A stretch of 64,000 bases of DNA from the human T2T-CHM13v2.0 reference genome, Homo sapiens. Every line of letters starts with the position of its first letter. Position 1 is the first letter of the stretch. Positions 1 through 8,757 of this stretch are shown one piece after another. The notes beneath the pieces were generated by a model. That model did not search any database. It saw nothing but the letters and a program-made list of their open reading frames with translations, and was not told where the DNA came from. The position numbers were made by a program, and so were the translations under genes. The stretch is from NCBI RefSeq assembly GCF_009914755.1, contig NC_060932.1. One strand, 5' to 3'.

Positions 1-70
1 AAATTCTCAAAAAGATGACGTATTGTCTTTTGACTCTCATTCCGTGTTTGTGTGTAACTGATTTTCCAAG

Positions 71-1103
71 TGAAGGGGTGGCCTGCCCCTCCACACCTGT
101 GGGTGTTTCTAGTCGGGTGGGATGAGAGACGGAGAAAAGAAATAAGACACAGAGACAAAGTATAGGGAGACAACAGTGGGTCCAGGGGACCGGCACTCAG
201 CACACCTAGGACCTGCACCGGCACCGGCCTCTGAGTTCCCTCAGTTTTTATTGATTATGATTTTCATTATTTCAGCACAAAGGAATGCAGTAGGGGAGCA
301 GGGTGATAATAAGGGGAAGGTCAACAACAACAACAAAAAACAAACACGTGAGCAAAAGAATCCATATCATTATTAAGTTCAAGGGAAGGTACTATGCCTG
401 GACGTGCACGTAGGCCAGATTTATGTTTCTCTCCACACAAATATCTCAGCGGAGTAAAGAATAACAAGGCAGCATTACTGCCAACATGTCTCGCCTCCCG
501 CCACAGGGCAGCTTTTCTCCGAGCTCAGAGTTGAACAAATGTACGATCGGGCTTTACACCGAGACATTCAGTTCCCAGGGGCAAGCAGGAGACAGTGGCC
601 TTCCTCCATCTGAACTGCAAGAGGCGTTCCTCTTTGACTAATCCACCTCAGCACAGACCCATTGCGGGTGTCAGGCTGGGGGACATTCAGGACTTTCCCA
701 TCCCACGAGGCCACATTTCAGACTGTCACATGGGGAGAAACCTTGGACAATACCCTGCTTTCAAGGGCAGAGGTCCCTGTGGCTTTCCACGGTGCATTGC
801 GCCCCTGGTTTATTGAGACTAGAGAATGGCAATGACTTCTACCAAGTATACTGCTCGTAAACATTTGGTTAACAAGGCGCGTCCTGCACAGCCCTAGATC
901 CCTTAAACCTCGATTTTATACAACACAGGTTTTTGTGAGCTCCAAGTTGGGTCAAAGGAAGGGGCTTCGGGAAAGCTACAAATGATCAACATCTCAGTAA
1001 AGCAATTGTTTAAAGTACAGGTCTTTTTCAAAATGGAGTCTCTTATGTCTTCCCCTTCTACATAGACACAGTGACAGTCTGATCTCTCTTTCTTTACCCT
1101 ACA
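71..1103 (-). mobile_element. HERV-K(HML-2) solo LTR, LTR5A-like
   Basis: Minus strand begins TGTAGGGTAAAGAAAGAGAGATCAGACTGTCACTGTGTCTATGTAG and ends GGAGGGGCAGGCCACCCCTTCA (LTR5-family termini, TG...CA). Length 1033 bp; TSD TCCAAG at 65-70 and 1104-1109; LTR AATAAA at 247-252 (minus). The subfamily call is from recalled consensus. Confidence 0.92.
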
Positions 1104-1260
1104 TCCAAGGGCTTGAACATTTCTTGACTTGTTGGCAATCCAAATCGTTACGTCTCCGAAACAGAGTTGACTGAGGGGACCGCAGGGCTGGGCAGGACCT
1201 TTGACTTCCTATACATCCACAGGAGCAAGAAAACCTCAGCCCCACTCTACCAACACGCAC

Positions 1261-1533
1261 CTAGTAAAATTCCGCCAACCGAATCTCACGCACGCTAACA
1301 CGTGGGGAGCGTTGCTTGAACCACGAGTCCCCATTTGGCTCAACCGCCGATGCCAAGTGTGTGGTTCCAGTTGCGACGGCCCCCCGTGAAGTGGCTTCCG
1401 GATGTGCGAATGAACCAGGCAGAGTTTCACTGGCCAAATAGACCCCAGCAAAGCTGAAGTTAACTCCCACATTTGGGATGTACTTCAGAGGTAAAACATT
1501 CATCCCGTCTTCTTTCCGGATGTCTGACACCAT
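1261..1533 (-). other. Candidate small ORF (90 aa) in a putative opposite-strand spliced transcript; present in all nine units
   Basis: ATG lies in a strong Kozak context (ACCATGG), just downstream of a candidate acceptor (gctactcttAG, 1551-1550). Copies at 8915-9187, 16563-16835, 24206-24478, 31859-32131, 39501-39773, 47153-47425, 54801-55073, 62449-62721. No recognisable homology. Confidence 0.25.
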
Positions 1534-2663
1534 GGTTCTCCCCCTGATCCTAAGAGTAGCTGAGGCAGAGACTCACTGAAAGATCTAGGCGGGGATATCC
1601 CATCATGCACAGGCTCTCTCCATTCTCTGACCTGGGAACAACTCTCAGCAGGATTCCACATCTAGGAGGCCTCGGAACTCAGCGGGATTTTCTGAGACAC
1701 ACCAACTGGCTGCTCCCTTTCCGCCGCTGTTGAGGGTCGTTATCTTGATTATCCAGATCAACTAGAAAGTATCCGTATCCAGAATGAATAAGATCAACTC
1801 TCTGCTCCTCTGACAGCAGAAGGAGCAGGACCATAAGGAACCAAAGAGCGTGGAAGGAAACAATGTGACAGGAAAGCTCAGAGAACGGCCACAGGGGGTC
1901 GTCAGCAGGCCTTCCAACCTGAATCATGAATAATTAATGAAGCGCAAATCAAAGGGGACTCGAGTTTCAGCAGGAGCAATCCATCCAACCGGAGATCGCC
2001 GGAGGGCCAACAAGATTGAGAGACTGGGAGCCGGGTGCAGTGTCAAAGGGGACGCGACTGGTTCCAAAGCTCGAGAAGACCATGGGGTCACTTGGGCTAC
2101 ATGAGAAAACGCCCCAGTGTGCTGGTTCATCATTCCGACTCCTGCCTGTCTCTTCCCGTCCAAGGAACATGGACCCTAAGTCGTGCAGGTGCGGATGACC
2201 ATGGGCAGAATTAGGGGCCGTGGCACAAAAGTTCACCGACACGGGAGTTCCACAGAAGGTGCGGTGGATCTTCGCAAATCCAGAGACATGGCAATGGGAC
2301 CCAGGGAATTACAGCCTCACAGGCGTCCGGGAGACTTTTCAGGCATGATGCCTGGAGTCGCAAGACCAGCTGAAAAAGGAGCCAGGCACTGAAGGACAAA
2401 GCGTTGTTGACTTTCCTCATCTGTGTTTCCCAGTGCGGTCCAATTCACGGTTGTTTCCAAGCGCCTCCTGGGGGAGAAAACACATGAGGGTGCGGTCAGG
2501 GTTCTCTGCTGACAGACTTACCTTGGGGAAGAAAGAGAAGCTCTGAAGATGGATCATGGCCGTGACTGCATGTCAAGGAGAGTCTCCTTGATGACACTGA
2601 GGCCTACGTCGAGATAGACAAAATGTGGTCCAATTAAAAGGTGTCTATTTTACCACATTTTTT

Positions 2664-2697
2664 AAAACAAAACAAAACAAAACAAAACAACAAAAAA
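2664..2697 (+). repeat. (AAAAC)n pentanucleotide tract, variable between units
   Basis: Repeat counts read for units 1-9: 5,4,3,5,3,5,4,4,4. This accounts for most unit-length variation. Confidence 0.9.
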
Positions 2698-2856
2698 GAT
2701 GGAAAAGAAGACAGGGGTACAGGCACCAGTGTTACATGTCTGACGGGGAACATCTATTGTTCAAAGCTTGCAGCTGTACAAGTAGGTTTTAGAATGTCTG
2801 TCAGCAGTGGACATGATCTTAGAGTGGGCTGTGCAGACAGACCTTTCCAGGTCATG

Positions 2857-2946
2857 TAATTGGATTAAGTTAATTGCAATTAAGGTACAGGTAACTGATT
2901 AGGTTAGGGTACGTTCCATGTCAGGTGACCAGAGGCAGTATAAAAG
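2857..2946 (+). promoter_or_regulatory. Putative FAM90A promoter, copy 1: paired-homeodomain sites, DUX4 motif, TATA box
   Basis: TAATTGGATTA 2857-2867; palindrome TTAATTGCAATTAA 2870-2883; TGATTAGGTTA (reverse complement TAACCTAATCA) 2896-2906; TATAAAAG 2939-2946. Confidence 0.7.
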
Positions 2947-2969
2947 GCAGCCTGGGAAGCAGAGGTCCC

Positions 2970-3081
2970 TCTCCGCCCCTTCCTCCGTCGTCCTGGATGC
3001 TGCATCGCTTCCAGCCGGGCTGCTGCAGCACCTGCCCATCTCAGCGCCAGCCTGGGAAAGAAAGTAGACGTGTAATTTCAG
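2970..3081 (+). other. Predicted non-coding first exon of FAM90A copy 1 (start approximate)
   Basis: Begins ~30 nt after the TATA box; donor CAG|GTTAGT at 3081/3082; next acceptor (GT-rich tract, TTTCAG) ends at 4042, 56 nt before the ATG. Confidence 0.45.
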
Positions 3082-4098
3082 GTTAGTTTCGCTGAACAAT
3101 TGTTTGTTTCACGCAATCCCTGAGGGGTTATTGCGGGGTGTGGGGGGGAGGAAGAGACAAAGGAGGCCGAAAGAAACCGATCACACTGGGGCTTGCTGGT
3201 GGGGTAGGATGTGTTCTCGTTACTAGTAATTCCTGGAACAGAAAACGAGAAAACATATCCGTCTCCACGTGTGGGAGAAGACCAAGATGGGAATGCGAAA
3301 AGAAATGTACTGCAGCATGCTGAATTGGTGGGTAAACGGAAAAAAGGACTTTGGAAAAAAGGGGGGTTTGCCCTTCAGCCGTGTAAGACGTCGATACGAT
3401 ACGGCACTTCTTCCCCGTTTGTTCAGATGAATTCGTGTGGTGTGCGTAAAATACCAGGAAAATAAACAAAGAGGTGCTGGAGCTAAAGCCAAAAGATAGA
3501 ACAGGAAAGACCATCACCTGCTAGTGCGGTAGAGAGGAAGGTAACTTCTCTGTATGAATTTGTGTTTGGAAGTTGCCTAATGAAATGGCAAGAGTAGCGA
3601 TTCAAGTTGTCACAGGAAGCATCCCTTATCCGTGACTTCAAGCAGACCTGCCAAAGGGTGGCACACGCCATGCCCTGTGTCTTCGATCATTCTGTCCGTC
3701 AAGGGAGATAGAATCACCGTGTCTTCTACCGGAGTGAATCGTGAGAGACCGAAGTCCAGTCTTCAGAATCAGTTGTTTGTTTGGGGTTGAAAGCTCAACC
3801 CCCCATACCTAGGCCACGGGCCCTGTGGCAGGTGGGGTTTACTCTTGGACTAGGTAGTCATGGCAGAGGAACACAAAATATCCGAGGATGCACACAGCAC
3901 ATTGTGTTCTACAGATTTGACCCACTGGTGGTGAGGTCTCCTCATGACCACACAGGCAGGGAGTTAGCAGGTGGCTTCCTGTGGGTGTGTGAATATCCAA
4001 CGTGCTTAACCATCGACATGTGTGTGTTTGTGTGTGTTTCAGGTGGCCCAACAGTCCACCCCTGAAAAAGGCGGTCATAAAACCCCCAGGAGACGAAG

Positions 4099-7000
4099 AT
4101 GATGGCACGTCGGGACCCCAAATCTTGGGCCAAGAGACTGGTGAGAGCCCAGACCCTCCAGAAGCAGCGGAGGGCCCCAGTTGGGCCAAGGGCTCCCCCG
4201 CCCGATGAAGAAGATCCCAGGGTAAGTCTAGCCCTGGATCTCTTGGGTATCGGGGTGGGGGTGGGGACGGGGGGAGGGGGTGTCCCACGGTCCTCAGAGA
4301 CTGGGTTGGATTCCAAAGAGTTCTGTCACCACCAGCCAGGTTGCTTTTCCCATCCAAGGTGGGCGTGGCTTGGGACCTTCTCCCCGGCCCGATAGGTCCC
4401 TTGAGAGACTCTTGGGGGCAACCTCCCTTTCTACTTAGAGTCCTGTGTAGCCACGTTTGGCTGCGTTGTTGACATCGGCTTCACCATCGTGCCCCTTGGA
4501 ACCTTGAGTCCTTCCTTTCAGAGTTCCTCCGTCCCGTGGGCTTTGCGAGGGAACATCGTATCCGAACTCTCCCGGCACTTAACGGCCCCCATGCCGGTGT
4601 CCCCTCTTTGGAATCCTTATTCAGCTCTGAATTCACAATCCGTCCCAATGTTGACGTGGGATCGCTGCCTGTGGCTTCAGCTCACTCACTGACATCACTT
4701 CCTTTCCACCCACAGCTCAAGTGCAAAAACTGCGGGGCCTTTGGCCACACGGCCAGAAGTACCAGGTGCCCCATGAAGTGCTGGAAGGCAGCCCTGGTTC
4801 CAGCGACCTTGGGGAAAAAGGAAGGGAAGGAAAACCTGAAACCATGGAAGCCCCGGGGTGAAGCCAACCCGGGGCCCTTGAACAAGGATAAGGGAGAGAA
4901 GGAAGAGAGACCAAGGTGAGCAGTGGGAGGGGTTTTCACCACTCTTAGGGTACGGCCTCCTAAGGACATGGTGTCTCTGCACCTGCACACCGTGTGCCTT
5001 TCCGTCTCCGGGCCAGGGAAGGAACGCTGCAGAGAAATAGGCCGGAGCTCCGTGTCCTCCGGGGTTCCACACCCAGGAGCTCCTTGGGCTCTGGGAGATT
5101 CAGGGACGGGGAGAGGCGGGGGCGCTTCGTGCAGGTTCCCCACGACAGCGGGAAAAGCGATGGAATCCAAATCACAGTCCTTAGTTCGGAAGCCTAGAGG
5201 GCCACCTGGAGGATGGGAAGGTTGGCACGTGAGGGAAGGTGCAGAGGCGGAAAGGGCACCAGATGTCCATTTCTGTATCACAAAACACGGAATGGGGCTG
5301 GGCCCCAGACGGGGTTCTCCCTGTCTCCTGGGGAAAACCAGGGGGCACGGCCTGACCTTCTTCTGTTCTGCAGGCAACAAGACCCGCAGAGGAAGGCTCT
5401 CCTCCACATGTTTTCCGGGAAACCTCCAGAGAAGCCGCTGCCGAATGGAAAAGGATCCACGGAATCTTCTGATTATCTGAGGGCGAGTGTCACCCCGGGC
5501 CCCTGGTCTTTTTCTCCTCTAGGTCACCCTGGTTGATTTCCTTTCAGCTTCCCGTCTGCGGGAGGAAATCGGGGAACCCCTCTTTCTTGCCTTCTTGGGG
5601 TCAGGGACTCCACGATCCTTCCAGGTCAATTGGATTCCAGGCGAAGGCATCTGAACATGCCGTATTTCCTGTTGCTTTCTTTCTGTCCAATTATGGCAAG
5701 CCTGCCAACAACACGTTCCTAGCGGCATGAGGAAATTAGTCCCTCAGAGGCCCCAAACGTGGAGAAGGCGAAACCCAGAAACATGCATGTGTTCAGAGAA
5801 GACGTCCCGAGTACCCTTGAGCCAGCAACCTGCCTTGGGAAGGGCATTAGTCCGTTCCACTTCATGGAAGGCTGAGTGGAGGCGCTTTGATCCAGTTAAT
5901 GCCCAAGACGCGATCTTTTGAACAATGGTGTGCTTAGATCAGCTACACATAGCTCGAGAGCGCATCTTTCATGTGTCTTGTCCTGATCAGCACTCAGGTG
6001 GAGGGTCTGTCCCTACTTCCAAGGACCGCCTGTCGATACTGTACTAAGAATTTCATGGCGTGTGCACCTTGTCTTTGGATGTGCTTGATTTTCACGTTGG
6101 CTCCATGCTGAGGAACTTCTAACCTGTGTTGTTTCCTCTCTTTCAGGTTGCAAGCGGGCCAATGCCGGTCCACACAACCAGTAAGAGGCCGCGCTTGGAC
6201 CCTATCCTCGCTGATCGCTCAGCTACCGCAATGTCTGGCAGGGGCTCCGTCTTGGCTTCACTGTCTCCCCTCAGAAAAGCCAGCCTGAGCTCCTCCTCAA
6301 GTCTTGGACCAAAGGAAAGACAGACAGGGGCTGCGGCCGACATGCCTCAGCCTGCAGTCAGGCACCAGGGCCGCGAGCCTCTCCTCGTGGTGAAGCCGAC
6401 ACACAGCCGCCCCGAGGGTGGCTGCCGAGAAGTTCCCCAGGCTGCCTCCAAAACCCACGGACTGCCCCAGGCCGCCAGACCCCAGGCACAAGACAAACGT
6501 CCTGCGGTGACCTCACTGCCCTGCCCGCCAGCCGCCACACACAGCTTGGGCCTAGGCTCCAATCTCAGCTTCGGGCCAGGAGCCAAGAGACCTGCCCAGG
6601 CTCCGATTCAGGCTTGCCTGAACTTCCCCAAGAAACCGAGACTGGGTCCCTTCCAGATCCCCGAAAGCGCCATCCAGGGAGGTGAGCTGGGGGCCCCGGA
6701 GAATCTCCAACCTCCGCCAGCCGCAACCGAACTTGGACCAAGTACGTCGCCCCAGATGGGCAGGAGGACACCGGCCCAGGTGCCCAGCGTCGACCGGCAG
6801 CCTCCGCACAGCACACCTTGCCTGCCTACTGCCCAGGCCTGCACCATGTCCCATCACTCAGCGGCCAGCCATGATGGGGCCCAGCCTCTCAGAGTGCTCT
6901 TCCGGAGACTGGAAAACGGACGCTGGAGCTCCAGCCTCCTGGCGGCCCCCTCATTTCACTCTCCTGAGAAGCCGGGAGCCTTCCTCGCTCAGAGCCCTCA

Positions 7001-7109
7001 TGTGTCAGAGAAGTCTGAGGCTCCCTGTGTTCGTGTCCCACCGAGCGTCCTCTATGAGGACCTTCAGGTTTCCTCCTCCTCAGAGGACAGCGATTCTGAC
7101 CTGGAGTGA
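4099..7109 (+). CDS. FAM90A: FAM90A family protein, copy 1, 464 aa; exons 4099-4221, 4716-4915, 5374-5482, 6147-7109
   Basis: MMARRDPKSWAKRLVRAQTLQKQ...LKCKNCGAFGHTARSTRCP...SSSSEDSDSDLE is the FAM90A sequence. Exons of 123+200+109+963 = 1395 nt join in frame; introns are GT-AG, GT-AG, GC-AG. Confidence 0.95.
4252..4280 (+). other. G-quadruplex-forming G-run cluster in the intron after the first coding exon (every copy)
   Basis: GGGGTGGGGGTGGGGACGGGGGGAGGGGG has five runs of >=4 G with 1-2 nt loops and lies 30 nt after the donor. Confidence 0.7.
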
Positions 7110-7649
7110 GACTGCAGGTGGCAGGGGCTCCTTGGCCTCCAGCTCCCGTGACTTGGAGGGGACTGTGGGACTGAGGAGCGCAGAGCAGAGAGCACACTCT
7201 GTGCGGTGACTCCGAAGCTCCCAGGCTGTGGCGCTTCTGTGGATGTGGGAGCCCAGGCCAGGCAGGGAGCAGATGCAGGGACTCTGCCTCATTGAATTCT
7301 GGTGAGGGACGTTGTAGTTGGCGTGGTTCTCCGGAAACGCGCCAGGAAAAGCTTCCGTGCCAGAGATTCGTTGCCTCAGAAACTGCGTGACGCGCAGGAG
7401 TCAGACTTCCGCTGGGACGTCAATAGGAAACTGGGGAATTACTGTGTATTTGCTGTCTAGATGACTGAATAAGGGAAAAGTTAGGGAACCCTGAGAGGTG
7501 CAGCCCTTCCGCTGTGCCCCGCCCTGAGAGCAGTGTTTCGGACGCTGGGAAGCGTGCTGTGCGAAGCGCTCTCGGGGTCTTTCCTCAGCCTCGAAAACTG
7601 GGCTCTGGAATGCCTTTGTACATATGTGTGTTTAATGGGTTTTGAAGTG

Positions 7650-7655
7650 AATAAA
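7650..7655 (+). terminator. FAM90A polyadenylation signal (also 15298, 22941, 30594, 38237, 45889, 53537, 61185)
   Basis: AATAAA ~540 nt after the stop codon, followed by a GT-rich element (CCGTGTTTGTGTGT) ~40 nt downstream. Confidence 0.75.
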
Positions 7656-7723
7656 ATTCTCAAAAAGATGACATATTGTCTTTTGACTCTCATTCCGTGT
7701 TTGTGTGTAACTGATTTTCCAAG

Positions 7724-8757
7724 TGAAGGGGTGGCCTGCCCCTCCACACCTGTGGGTGATTCTAGTCGGGTGGGATGAGAGACGGAGAAAAGAAATAAGA
7801 CACAGAGACAAAGTATAGGGAGACAACAGTGGGTCCAGGGGACCGGCACTCAGCACACCTAGGACCTGCACCGGCACCGGCCTCTGAGTTCCCTCAGTTT
7901 TTATTGATTATGATTTTCATTATTTCAGCACAAAGGAATGCAGTAGGGGAGCAGGGTGATAATAAGGGTAAGGTCAACAACAACAGCAACAAAACAAACA
8001 CGTGAGCAAAAGAATCCATATCATTATTAAGTTCAAGGGAAGGTACTATGCCTGGACGTGCACGTAGGCCAGATTTATGTTTCTCTCCACACAAATATCT
8101 CAGCGGAGTAAAGAATAACAAGGCAGCATTACTGCCAACATGTCTCAGCTCCCGCCACAGGGCAGCTTTTCTCCGAGCTCAGAGTTGAACAAATGTACGA
8201 TCGGGCTTTACACCGAGACATTGAGTTCCCAGGGGCAAGCAGGAGACAGTGGCCTTCCTCCATCTGAACTGCAAGAGGCTTTCCTCTTTGACTAATCCAC
8301 CTCAGCACAGACCCATTGCGGGTGTCACGCTGGGGGACAGTCAGGTCTTTCCCATCCCACGAGGCCATATTTCAGACTGACACATGGGGAGAAACCTTGG
8401 ACAATACCCTGCTTTCAAGGGCAGAGGTCCCTGTGGCTTTCCACGGTGCATTGCACCCGTGGTTTATTGAGACTGGAGAATGGCAATGACTTCTACCAAG
8501 TATACTGCTCGTAAACATTTGGTTAACAAGGCGCGTCCTGCACAGCCCTAGATCCCTTAAACCTCGATTTTATACAGCACAGGTTTTGGTGAGCTCCAAG
8601 TTGGGTCAAAGGAAGGGGCTGCGGCAAAGCTACAAATGATCAACATCTCAGCAAAGCAATGGTTTAAACTACAGGTCTTTTTCAAAATGGAGTCTCTTGT
8701 GTCTTCCCCTTCTAGATAGACACAGTGGCAGTCTGATCTCTCTTTCTTTACCCTACA
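7724..8757 (-). mobile_element. HERV-K(HML-2) solo LTR, LTR5A-like
   Basis: Same termini and TCCAAG TSD; 1034 bp. Confidence 0.92.

Noticed and set aside
1924-2163. Faint resemblance of ASPLTLHPAPSLSILLALRR to a USP17/DUB3 segment (another 8p23 tandem gene family)
   Set aside because: Short low-information match; no USP Cys-box or His-box motifs are visible in the translated ORFs.
2468-2521. Minus-strand intron between the donor at 2521 and an acceptor-like site at 2468
   Set aside because: Only 54 nt, below the usual human intron minimum. The sites may be used with other partners, but not as this pair.
6126-7109. 327-aa ORF as a standalone single-exon gene
   Set aside because: It starts at a GTG within the polypyrimidine tract; the real exon begins at 6147 after the acceptor AG.
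3128-7849. Numerous 60-241 aa overlapping or antisense ORFs in the track (e.g. 4682-5407, 4923-5480, 6682-7209, 3839-4357)
   Set aside because: These are shadow ORFs in GC-rich exon and intron sequence, many with non-ATG starts and no domains. They recur only because the unit is duplicated.
71-8757. LTR-6.6 kb-LTR arrangement read as an intact HERV-K provirus or a gene-transducing retroelement
   Set aside because: Each LTR has its own TSD on both sides, no tRNA-Lys primer-binding site follows it, no gag/pol/env is present, and the internal gene retains introns. Tandem duplication explains the layout.
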